DNA of 64,000 nt from Gammaproteobacteria bacterium (GTDB taxonomy: Bacteria > Pseudomonadota > Gammaproteobacteria > UBA4575), in NCBI GenBank assembly GCA_965221955.1, contig CBDCTA010000004.1, positions 32,001-96,000 of the forward strand, read 5' to 3'. Position 1 is the first letter of the stretch. Every line of letters starts with the position of its first letter. Below, one piece after another: positions 28,894-37,301 of this stretch. A model generated the notes under the pieces. That model saw only the letters and a program-made list of their open reading frames with translations, searched no databases and was not told where the DNA came from. Made by a program: the position numbers and the translations under genes.

Positions 28894-29559
28894 ATGAATA
28901 AAATTAAAGCCTATGTTTTCAACGCGTATGGAGCATTGTTAGACACCTACTTGCCCTTTGAAGAATATAAAGAAGAATTGGGTGAAAATGCACTTGTGAT
29001 TTATAAGCTTTGGCGTGCAAAACGTTTGCAGTATTCTTCACAACTTACATTAATGAATCAATTCACAAATTACGAAAAAATTCGTAAATATGCACTTGAT
29101 TTTGCATGTGCGGTATATGGTGTGGAAGACGAAGATATTAAGAAGAAAATTTTTGAAGCTCATTCAGAATTAGTTTGTTACCCCGATGTAAAAGATGTGC
29201 TGACCAAACTCAAAGAAAACAATGCGAAAATTGCCGTGTTATCTAACGGAACGCCACAAAATCTCAGCGCGGCCCTTAAACATGCCGGCATTAGTGATTT
29301 ACTTGATAGTGTGTATTCAACGGAGCAAGTGCGCAGTTATAAGCCCTCCCCTGCGGTGTATGAATATGTAGAAGAACAACTTGCTTTGCCCAGAAACAAA
29401 ATTTGTTTTGTTTCTTCTAATTCGTGGGATATTGCAGGTGCTGCATCCTATGGGTTTAGTTCCGTATGGATTAACCGTTACAACCGAACGCCAGAGAAGC
29501 TTCCCTTTGAGGCGGACTATGAAATCAAAGCGCTGTCTGAACTGCATTCGCTAGTCTAA
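28894..29559 (+). CDS. Haloacid dehalogenase type II-like HAD protein (motif I Asp replaced by Asn)
   Basis: FNAYGALLD, WR.K.LQYS, LSNG, YKPSP.VY, FVSSN.WD..GA..G...WINR. Confidence 0.85.
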   Translation: MNKIKAYVFNAYGALLDTYLPFEEYKEELGENALVIYKLWRAKRLQYSSQLTLMNQFTNYEKIRKYALDFACAVYGVEDEDIKKKIFEAHSELVCYPDVKDVLTKLKENNAKIAVLSNGTPQNLSAALKHAGISDLLDSVYSTEQVRSYKPSPAVYEYVEEQLALPRNKICFVSSNSWDIAGAASYGFSSVWINRYNRTPEKLPFEADYEIKALSELHSLV

Positions 29560-29582
29560 CTAATTAGCTTGAATGAATTGTT

Positions 29583-29602
29583 TTAGTGCAACGTTGCACT
29601 AA
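29583..29602. promoter_or_regulatory. Perfect 20-bp palindrome, candidate enhancer-binding-protein site
   Basis: ttagtgcaacgttgcactaa, about 75 bp upstream of a sigma54 consensus. Confidence 0.55.
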
Positions 29603-29672
29603 GTTTGCTCATGAGTAGTAGTTTTATTTTAAGTTTTTATGACAACATGCTGATTTAATAAAGACATAATAA

Positions 29673-29689
29673 TTGGCATGTATGTTGCT
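29673..29689 (+). promoter_or_regulatory. Sigma54 (-24/-12) promoter
   Basis: tTGGCATG-tatg-TTGCT, with GG (29675-6) and GC (29687-8) at canonical spacing, about 40 bp before the ATG at 29731. Confidence 0.65.
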
Positions 29690-29730
29690 AACTATTAATT
29701 ATCTAGATTTAAAACATAGGTTAGAGAGAA

Positions 29731-29922
29731 ATGAAAAACATTGAATTAAAATTTATTACACTTTTAGCGCTGCTTGGTTTAGCGGTCGTGGTTTATACTT
29801 CGACGCCTATTACAGCAACAGAAAAGTCGAATTCAACAGATCGTTATTTAATGACAGAACCCTTCTCTTCTGGTGCAATATTATCGTATTCTTCATTAGA
29901 AGATTCGCCCAATGAAAGTTAA
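29731..29922 (+). CDS. 63-aa membrane-anchored/exported small protein
   Basis: Hydrophobic N-terminus, purine-rich RBS, own sigma54 promoter. Confidence 0.6.
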   Translation: MKNIELKFITLLALLGLAVVVYTSTPITATEKSNSTDRYLMTEPFSSGAILSYSSLEDSPNES

Positions 29923-29936
29923 AGTTAAATAAGTAA

Positions 29937-30644
29937 TTAAGATTTGGTAATTGGAACTAATGCAATCTCAACTCTTCGATTGAGTGCTCGCCCTTCTTTG
30001 GTGCTGTTATCTGCAACAGGATAATTTTCACCATGACCATAAGTACCAAGCCTAAGTGGTTCAACGTCACGACTTTGAAAATAATTGGAGACACTTCTAG
30101 CACGTCGCTCAGATAATACTTGGTTATATTCATCACTACCTGTACTGTCTGTATGCCCCATAATTTCAATGAGTGTTTTATCGTATTCTTGTACTACTAA
30201 CGTTACAGAATCTAATACTGCAAAAAAATCACCATTAATGTCGGCACTATCTACAGCAAAGGTTATGTTCCCGGGCATATTCAGGATGATATTATCGCCT
30301 TGCCTGGTAACACTCACGCCTGTGCCTTCTAGCTTCTGACGTAACTTGGCTTCTTGTACATCCATGTAATAACCCACTGCACCGCCTGCTAGCGCACCTA
30401 GTCCAGCACCAATCAATGCATGTTTACGTCGCTCTCTACTATCGTCACCTGTAATAAGCCCAACTACTGCACCTACAGCTGCACCTGCACCCGCTCCAAT
30501 CACAGCTTTACTCACTTGCTTTTCACGAGTGTAAGGATTTGTCGTACTACAAGATGAGCTTAGGATCATTATTAGCAATACGGCAATACTCACGATTATT
30601 CTGCTAAACATTAGCGACCTTCCTTTTAGAGAAATTAGATTCAA
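29937..30644 (-). CDS. OmpA-family lipoprotein (YiaD-like)
   Basis: Lipobox Cys (SSCST), Gly zipper, YMD.QE..LR, LNMPGNITF, GHTDSTG...NQ.LSERRA, NRRVEI. The true start may be the second Met. Confidence 0.92.
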   Translation of the reverse strand: MNLISLKGRSLMFSRIIVSIAVLLIMILSSSCSTTNPYTREKQVSKAVIGAGAGAAVGAVVGLITGDDSRERRKHALIGAGLGALAGGAVGYYMDVQEAKLRQKLEGTGVSVTRQGDNIILNMPGNITFAVDSADINGDFFAVLDSVTLVVQEYDKTLIEIMGHTDSTGSDEYNQVLSERRARSVSNYFQSRDVEPLRLGTYGHGENYPVADNSTKEGRALNRRVEIALVPITKS

Positions 30645-30688
30645 TGAATAAAGATTACGGCTTTAATAAAAGCAGTCAACTTGTTTTA

Positions 30689-31027
30689 TTAAAGGTCAGT
30701 CAAATATTTATCTAACTGATTTGATCGGTATTGTTGTTCATCATTTTTATATAATCGTTCTTTTTCATGGCGTAGCCGGTCCTTTTCACGATGGATGTAT
30801 AATCTTTTTTCATTTAAACGAGTGAGTTCTCGCTGTAACAACGATTCCTTATGATTGATTTTTTCTAACTCGTAATTTAATCGCTCATATTGTTCATCAA
30901 TATAATTAACATGAGTTTGATACTCATCATTATAATGGTCATGATGAGGACAATATTCGTACTCACTGGCATATAGTTTTGAAAAAACTAAACATGCAAT
31001 AAGGCCAAAAAACAAAGTAATTTTCAT
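30689..31027 (-). CDS. Exported coiled-coil hypothetical protein
   Basis: Signal peptide (LYA|S), CPHHDH, charged heptad-like region; GGGGG RBS. Confidence 0.65.
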   Translation of the reverse strand: MKITLFFGLIACLVFSKLYASEYEYCPHHDHYNDEYQTHVNYIDEQYERLNYELEKINHKESLLQRELTRLNEKRLYIHREKDRLRHEKERLYKNDEQQYRSNQLDKYLTDL

Positions 31028-31061
31028 ATTAAACCCCCTAAGTTCTCATTTTCCCCTTTGA

Positions 31062-31391
31062 TCAATGATGACAATACTTGTGACCATAATCATGGTGATA
31101 ACTATGATGTGGTCTATAATGTGAGTGATAGCCTTTATAGTGATGACGTTTGTGATGCTTATGGTGTCCGCGACCTCTATGATACTTTGGCTTGTGATAA
31201 TAATGATGATGTTCTACATAATGAGGGCGTTTATACCTATGTCCGTAATCGTTATAACCAATTGAAATATTCCAAGGATAGTCATAAATTCCAATATTGC
31301 CGTACACACCTCCACTAGCGTGCGACGGAGTAGCTAAGGCTAAGATGGACAAACCAATTACACTAAAAAGAATTCGTTTATACACTTTCAT
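31062..31391 (-). CDS. Exported His/Tyr-rich low-complexity protein
   Basis: GGAG RBS, signal peptide (SHA|S), C-terminal half dominated by H, Y, K, R and G. Confidence 0.7.
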   Translation of the reverse strand: MKVYKRILFSVIGLSILALATPSHASGGVYGNIGIYDYPWNISIGYNDYGHRYKRPHYVEHHHYYHKPKYHRGRGHHKHHKRHHYKGYHSHYRPHHSYHHDYGHKYCHH

Positions 31392-31704
31392 ATCTATCTC
31401 CCAATTAGAAAAACATTACTGGTATAACTTATAACGTTGGTTTCTCAGAATAGGTTGACAAATGCATTACCTTTTAAAGGAATGATTATATAAGGTATTG
31501 ATATTTATAAAGTAATTGTTTTCACTCCAGGAACAAGAACTTTTCCCTATAGATTAATAGAGAGAGGAATATTTGAATGTCCGTTACAGGCAGTTAACGG
31601 TTATTCTGTCACTGGAAACTTGGATTTAGAAGCCAGGTTCGTTCTATCAAAACATCTGCTTTTTGCCGAAAGCAGAAAAATAAATTCGAAGATATTTTTT
31701 GTGT

Positions 31705-32400
31705 TTAAGCGGCTTTAATTTTTGCCTGTCCTTGCAAGATGTAACTTACCGCTTGATCTGCAGAGAGCACTGGACAAACAATTCTATTTAACCTGTTCAT
31801 GGTTGGAATATCATCCGCTGGATCTTGGCATGAACAGGCATCACCAATCACGATTGGCATATACCCTTCATCTCTCGCTGCACGCGAGTTTCCTTCAATA
31901 CACCAATCCAAGTGTATGCCACAGAATACAAGAGTTTTTATACCTGCTCGTTCAAGCATTAATTTTAATGGTGTGCCCACAAAAGAGCTTTGGTGGGCAT
32001 ATTCGAAAAACTCAGTATCTTCTGGTTGAGATATTTCTTTGAGTTCATCTGCTAATTCAGCATCCCATTTTTTATATTCTGCGGTTCTATTTTTTGAATC
32101 AAATACTTCGCTCCAGCTACCATATTGCGCGCGATCAAGCTCTGTCATGGGATAGTCTTCGCGAAACACATCATAGCCAATCCAAAAGAACTTCATATTC
32201 GCTTCGCGACATGCTTTTGCAACCTTAATGGTTTTCTCTAATGTGCCACGTTCCCACTGTTTTTCATTACCCTGTGCACCTTCCGATTTATAAAGACTGT
32301 TACATTGGCTAATTGAAATAAAAGCTGCTGGTTGAGCTAATATATTAACGAGATCAAGACTCTTCCATTGCTCAGGTAATTCAGGAACTTGTGACGTCAT
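31705..32400 (-). CDS. Isochorismatase/cysteine hydrolase family protein
   Basis: SSFVGT.L..ML...GIKTLVFCGIHLDWCIEGNSRAARDEGY.P.VIGDAC; GGAG RBS. Confidence 0.85.
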   Translation of the reverse strand: MTSQVPELPEQWKSLDLVNILAQPAAFISISQCNSLYKSEGAQGNEKQWERGTLEKTIKVAKACREANMKFFWIGYDVFREDYPMTELDRAQYGSWSEVFDSKNRTAEYKKWDAELADELKEISQPEDTEFFEYAHQSSFVGTPLKLMLERAGIKTLVFCGIHLDWCIEGNSRAARDEGYMPIVIGDACSCQDPADDIPTMNRLNRIVCPVLSADQAVSYILQGQAKIKAA

Positions 32401-32822
32401 AATTATTCTCCAGGCAAATTAATTCTTTATATAAATGGTATAACAAGCTTATTTCGTTGAATAATTAATATAGTAACTCTTAGAAATTAATTGGATCTAT
32501 AGAGCTCAGATATTTAGACAATGGTATATCGATTTGTAGCTCAAACCTCGCTATAGAAGCCAGGTTCGTGCTACCAAAAATACTCATTCTGAAAATGTCC
32601 GCTTTCGGCTAATAGCGGACATACAGCTCTAAATTATAAAGTAGCCTTGGGAACATAAAATGTAAGCTCATTCCGACTTCAAAAAACCTTCAATTTATTA
32701 GCATATTTTAGAAAATCACATTTTCCTGATCTAGATCAGAATATCTTCTCATTTGGTTTTGTAGCTTAATTTTCATTTTTAAATGAGGCTACCAGCATAG
32801 CAATTATTAGGAGGTTAAATTA

Positions 32823-33011
32823 ATGGACAATGTAAAAGAATTTGGGATTAAAGATCTTACAGCCGAAATGATCAAAGTGGTCAGAAAAGAAACCCGCGCA
32901 GGCACTATTGATTGCAGAGACGCACTAATTGAAAGTCACGGAGATACTATTAAAGCCATAGAAATTTTGAAAGAAAAAGGCATCGAAACTCCAAGAAAAG
33001 TATACGTGTAG
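32823..33011 (+). CDS. Stand-alone EF-Ts N-terminal (UBA-like) domain protein
   Basis: LTAEMIKVVRKETRAGTIDCRDALIESHGDTIKAIEILKEKG matches the EF-Ts pattern ITA..VKELR..TGAGMMDCK.AL.E..GD...AI..L...G; strong AGGAGG RBS. Confidence 0.75.
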   Translation: MDNVKEFGIKDLTAEMIKVVRKETRAGTIDCRDALIESHGDTIKAIEILKEKGIETPRKVYV

Positions 33012-33093
33012 GTGATTCTATCATCGCTTAAACGATGACTAAAGACAGCTAGTTAATTATCACAGTTTTAAAAATATAGTAGAGGAAATTTCA

Positions 33094-33399
33094 ATGACAC
33101 ATAATAGCCCTAACTATAAGCTGCTTCAGAAAATAGCTGATACGGAATCCTATCGCACTGATACGTCAACATTGCTGGCGTATGATGAGGAAAATAAACA
33201 ATATTTGTTTCGAGCTTTAAATTCCAATTACTTTCTTCAGCATGATGACTCTGAAAGTATAGAAGTTATGAGCATGGATGAAGCAGAAAACATGTATGAA
33301 CGCATGCCCATCAAACACATTACAAATATTGTTGCAGCATTTCCTAAATTTCATGGTGGGGTTGGAATGTGTACCCATACCAACCTCTATGATGATTAA
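33094..33399 (+). CDS. Hypothetical protein
   Basis: 101 aa, GAGG RBS, co-oriented with the EF-Ts-like gene. Confidence 0.6.
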   Translation: MTHNSPNYKLLQKIADTESYRTDTSTLLAYDEENKQYLFRALNSNYFLQHDDSESIEVMSMDEAENMYERMPIKHITNIVAAFPKFHGGVGMCTHTNLYDD

Positions 33400-33602
33400 G
33401 CTCTTATATATACGCTTTTTTAATTATTTAATATTCCAAGTATCGCTATATACATTTGGAACAAGCAGGTCTCGAGCAAACAGATATCCGCTTTCGGCCA
33501 GTAGCGGTCATATAATTATTTTTTAATTTGAAGATTAATAGACAGTATTAATCAAAGAATTTACATTGTGATAGTGTAGTGTTTTGGTATGAAGGAGGGG
33601 TT

Positions 33603-33701
33603 ATGGTTGAAATAATTGAGTGGACTATTTATATCATAATTGTTGGATTAGCTTTGACGATTTGGGCAGTAGTTGCCAAGAATAAAAAAGAAAAGAATTA
33701 G
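33603..33701 (+). CDS. 32-aa single-TM small protein (not in ORF track)
   Basis: AAGGAGG RBS then MVEIIEWTIYIIIVGLALTIWAVVAKNKKEKN*; lies between two family A palindromes. Confidence 0.6.
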   Translation: MVEIIEWTIYIIIVGLALTIWAVVAKNKKEKN

Positions 33702-34223
33702 TAAACCATAAATATAAAATTTCCGCTTTGGGTCGTTAGCAGTCGTTTTAGTTTTGTAAGTAAGTGATTCCAACCTAATTCGCCCTAATATAACTGCTTT
33801 CGGCCAATAGCGGTCATTTTGGTTTTCAAAAATTTTATAAAATTATCTCGCACCCTTACCTGCTACTGATCTAAAAATGTGTTTTTTGCCTCATCTCCCT
33901 ACATAAATAAGTATCTAAAATCCTATTTATTCAGACCTTGGTAGGCACAGGCCTGGATTGAATAGCCAGCTCCAACCTTGCTTATTTTTGTAATCCAGGT
34001 TTCGTGCTACCGCTTCTTTTTGAAATTCAGAATTACCGCTATAGTCTCATGTAAACATTTGTATAAAACAAGCTAATGTATTGATAAGTATCAAAAAAAT
34101 ATGAGCAAGAAAAGGAACTTACGTGATAAAATAGCGTCTTATTACATACACTATTTCAATCTTATTTATATAAATATTAGCTAGTTAGCGTAACTAGTTA
34201 ATTGAATAACTGACGAGGGATTC

Positions 34224-34673
34224 ATGAAGATATCCAGAAGAAATTTTTTAGAAAAAAGCTTTTATGTGGGACTGCTACCGGTAATTGGCATCCCTTCTAT
34301 TCTTTCAGCCGAGTGGCCGGCTGCAGCCTTTGATGAGACCGAATATGAGCCTGCATTGAAAGGCTTAATTGGTGATGAAGCACTCAATGAAGGTGGTGTA
34401 AATATAGATGCCCCTGAAATTGCAGAAAATGGTGCAACGGTTCCTGTAAAAGTTTCTACTGATTTAGCTAACGTTGAATGGATTAGCATTTTAGGCGATA
34501 AAAATCCTCGTCCTTGGATTTCACGCTTTTATTTCCATGGAAAATCCAAACCATTTGTATCCACTCGCATTAAGTTACGTGAGTCTTCAAACGTGGTCGC
34601 TATTGTTAAGGCAGATGGAAAACTTCACATTGGCAAATCAGCGGTTAAAGTAACTGCTGGTGGTTGTGTATAA
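34224..34673 (+). CDS. soxY: Thiosulfate oxidation carrier SoxY
   Basis: Tat motif SRRNFL, APEIAENGA.VP, KNP.P, STRIK, C-terminal VKVTAGGC. Confidence 0.93.
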   Translation: MKISRRNFLEKSFYVGLLPVIGIPSILSAEWPAAAFDETEYEPALKGLIGDEALNEGGVNIDAPEIAENGATVPVKVSTDLANVEWISILGDKNPRPWISRFYFHGKSKPFVSTRIKLRESSNVVAIVKADGKLHIGKSAVKVTAGGCV

Positions 34674-34691
34674 AGATAAAGGGAAAGAACT

Positions 34692-35009
34692 ATGGCTGAT
34701 AAAGAAATGAAAATTCGGGCGAAGCTAAAAGATGGCGTGACGACCGTTAAAGCGATTATGTACCATGAAATGGAGTCTGGTAGCCGAAAAGACAAAGAAA
34801 CAGGTGAATTGATTCCTGCACACTTTATTAAAGAAGTGAAAGCGGAGCTTAATGGTGAAGTGATTATTTCTGCTGAATGGGGTACGGGTGTTTCAAAGAA
34901 CCCTTATTGGTCTTTTGAGTTTGAAGGCGGTAACGCTGGAGACACCGTTAAGATTACTTGGGTGGATAATAAAGGTGAAACCGGTTCTGGAGAAGCAGTT
35001 ATTAAATAA
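34692..35009 (+). CDS. soxZ: SoxZ
   Basis: HEMESG.RKD..G.LIPAHFI, VSKNPY, WVDNKGE. Confidence 0.95.
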   Translation: MADKEMKIRAKLKDGVTTVKAIMYHEMESGSRKDKETGELIPAHFIKEVKAELNGEVIISAEWGTGVSKNPYWSFEFEGGNAGDTVKITWVDNKGETGSGEAVIK

Positions 35010-35082
35010 TCGTTGTTTTACAGATTTATCTGTCTAAGAAAATTATAATTTAGAAATATTCAGCAGTGATTGAATTGATTAA

Positions 35083-35472
35083 TTACTGCTGAATAGAGTC
35101 AAGATAAAGAATAAGTTCTAAGATCCTCCCGCGCACTATTTGCTCATCCACCTGACTACAACCTTCCCAAATCGTATCGGATAAAAACAAATCACCCCAT
35201 GTAGGCATGGCACGTGTACCATGTTCTTGCAACACTTCTCTGCCATCAATAATTGCATAGACTCTTGAAACCGGGAATTGCCCGTTATTTCTTTCTGATA
35301 TTAAAGTTAAATCTGGGGCACTTTTCCCTTTTGCATCTTCACCATGGCAGGACGCACATTTAGCATTAAAGGTTTGTTTTCCAGTAACTACGGGGTCATC
35401 CTGATCTGCGAAGAGATTTGTTGAGAGGGTAATAAAAAAGAAAAATATCAGACTTCGAAGAATTGAGGTCAT
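35083..35472 (-). CDS. Exported monoheme cytochrome c
   Basis: Signal peptide; CASCHG; APDLT.I..RN.G.FP; HG.RAMP.WG distal Met. Confidence 0.88.
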   Translation of the reverse strand: MTSILRSLIFFFFITLSTNLFADQDDPVVTGKQTFNAKCASCHGEDAKGKSAPDLTLISERNNGQFPVSRVYAIIDGREVLQEHGTRAMPTWGDLFLSDTIWEGCSQVDEQIVRGRILELILYLDSIQQ

Positions 35473-35514
35473 TTAGAAATACTCTATATTTAAATAATTA
35501 TTTGTATTTTTCGA

Positions 35515-36660
35515 TTAAGCTTCTTGTTTTTTCCAAGGTAGTAGCAATTCTGCTAGACCTGTACCTAACGCGCCAAAAAATCCTTTCTCATCTAACATGT
35601 GGTACTGTATTTTCATTGTTAGTGCGCTACCAAAAATGATCGAAACTAATGTCAGGATAGAGCCTATTGCTAACGTAGACATACCAGTTACACCTTGTCC
35701 TATTGTGCAACCAAATGAGAGCACACCACCAAAGCCCATCATTACCGCTCCGATTAAATGATTCACCATTTCTGACTTATTGCTAAAGGTTTCGATTCTG
35801 AAGTTTCCAGAAAAAATTGCGTATAAGAATGAACCGGTAATCATGCCGAAGACTATTGCAATGCCGAAGTTAATTTCAGCACCTGTAAACGTCATTAAAT
35901 AACTAATGCTATTACCTGTTGGCCCAATGAACGCCATGCCTTGCGGTGTGATGGGGTCAAAGTCATCTTGCCCTACAAAACCTGAAACATACCATGCGGC
36001 GACTACGCATAATCCGATGGCCACACCTGCCAAAACGTTATCAAAGCTTTTACGAAATTCTTCATGCTTAAATGCATAGGCAATAAAACCAAAAGCAACA
36101 ATAAAACCACCTACCTTATTAAGCCAACCGATATCTTCTAAATTTAATAATGAACCGATATAGCTGAATAGTCCTTGATCATTTAGACCCTGATTAGTGA
36201 GGTCTACATTTACTGCATAGATCCAATTCAATCGAAAGTTTGCGAAGATGCCTCGCATGGTCATGTAAGCCGTGATGCCTAAAACAAGCACGACGACAAG
36301 TGCTTTAAGATTGCCACCCCCTACTCTTACAAGATTTCTTTGTCCACAACCTGCTGCTAATGTCATGCCGACACCAAAAATTAGCCCGCCTAATATATAA
36401 CTGAGTACATATAGGTTTGGAGAGCGATATACAGACTCATCGATATCGACCATGCCTTGTATATATAAGAATTGAACACCTAAGATGGCTATACCTATAG
36501 CAAGAAACCACGCGCCGAGTCGTCCCTTGGCGCCCATATTCACGACATCACTTACCGCACCCATTGAACAAAAGTGTGTTTTGTTACCGACGAACCCAAA
36601 TACGATTGCAATTACAAAACCTAATAGGGCTACTAAGTGAAGGTTAGATAATTCTTCCAT
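35515..36660 (-). CDS. YeeE/YedE sulfur-compound (thiosulfate) transporter
   Basis: Multi-TM with three conserved Cys motifs: HFCSMGA, LAAGCGQR, FGCTIGQG. Confidence 0.88.
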   Translation of the reverse strand: MEELSNLHLVALLGFVIAIVFGFVGNKTHFCSMGAVSDVVNMGAKGRLGAWFLAIGIAILGVQFLYIQGMVDIDESVYRSPNLYVLSYILGGLIFGVGMTLAAGCGQRNLVRVGGGNLKALVVVLVLGITAYMTMRGIFANFRLNWIYAVNVDLTNQGLNDQGLFSYIGSLLNLEDIGWLNKVGGFIVAFGFIAYAFKHEEFRKSFDNVLAGVAIGLCVVAAWYVSGFVGQDDFDPITPQGMAFIGPTGNSISYLMTFTGAEINFGIAIVFGMITGSFLYAIFSGNFRIETFSNKSEMVNHLIGAVMMGFGGVLSFGCTIGQGVTGMSTLAIGSILTLVSIIFGSALTMKIQYHMLDEKGFFGALGTGLAELLLPWKKQEA

Positions 36661-36778
36661 GGCTATCTACAAATATATGTCTCGTTAGTTCTAAAGGTCG
36701 CGAATTATAGCAATGGTTTTGCTGTTGTACACGATCAATTCGTGAGCTATTAGTGAAATTCACAATGTTTATTAGAGG

Positions 36779-37276
36779 TTAGTTATTGGGCTTTTCTAGT
36801 TCTTGTTGTTGCTTGTACCATTCTTCATATTCATCGGGATGCATGGGTTGTTGTACTGGACGATGGAATTGATTAGGCGCCATCATATGGGGATTCATCC
36901 ATGCTGCTGGATTCATCATGTATGCAGGCATTGCCGCCATTTGCTGCATCATTTGTATCATCTGCATGTAGTTCGCCATATTCATCATCAATTGAAACCA
37001 AATAGCGGGGTTCATAGGGTTTTGCATTGCTGACGTTAGTGCAAATGGATCTTGGGCTGAAAAAGGCTCAATCATCGCAAATTGCTTTGATTCAACCACA
37101 TTTGGTGCATCAAAATCAGAATCAATCGAACGGTTGAATTGAGGGAATGTTGTGTGTGAAGCGGAGTTCAAAACTTCTGAAGTAGACGCTTTATTTTTAT
37201 GGTCAATAATTAAGGGAGCAACAATTAGCGCAATAATTGGGACGATAAAGAGTGCTTGTTGTACTACATTTTTCAT
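36779..37276 (-). CDS. Met-rich MNP-repeat protein (N-terminal membrane anchor/signal)
   Basis: MQNPMNPAIWFQLMMNM...MMNPAAWMNPHMM; C-terminal MHPDEYEEWYKQQ. Confidence 0.75.
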   Translation of the reverse strand: MKNVVQQALFIVPIIALIVAPLIIDHKNKASTSEVLNSASHTTFPQFNRSIDSDFDAPNVVESKQFAMIEPFSAQDPFALTSAMQNPMNPAIWFQLMMNMANYMQMIQMMQQMAAMPAYMMNPAAWMNPHMMAPNQFHRPVQQPMHPDEYEEWYKQQQELEKPNN

Positions 37277-37301
37277 TTAAATAAATTTTCTTAACTGAAT
37301 T

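Larger units (their letters stand above)
31575..33817. repeat. Family A short palindromes (about 25-30 bp; consensus like atgtCCGCTttcggccaatAGCGGacat), 6 copies
   Basis: Copies at about 31575-31606, 31655-31676, 32595-32622, 33484-33513, 33721-33744 and 33793-33817; all lie outside the accepted ORFs. Confidence 0.75.
31627..34011. repeat. Family B REP-like hairpins (GTAGC...aacct...ccaggttcgtGCTAC), 3-4 copies
   Basis: tagaagccaggttcgt(t/g)cta(t/c)caaaa at 31627-31652 and 32554-32579; full hairpin at 32536-32574; inverted pair at 33940-34011; degenerate copy at about 33463-33480. Confidence 0.6.

Noticed and set aside
29850-29870. MTEPFS in the 63-aa protein resembling MIEPFS in the 36779 Met-rich protein
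   Set aside because: A six-residue match is too short to claim homology.
33278-33526. 82-aa ORF overlapping 33094..33399
   Set aside because: Out-of-frame overlap, no RBS, and it runs through a palindromic repeat.
31575-33817. Family A palindromes as integron attC sites, CRISPR repeats or terminators
   Set aside because: Too short and lacking RYYYAAC/GTTRRRY ends; spacing is irregular (50-900 bp); no consistent poly-T tails; no intI in the window.
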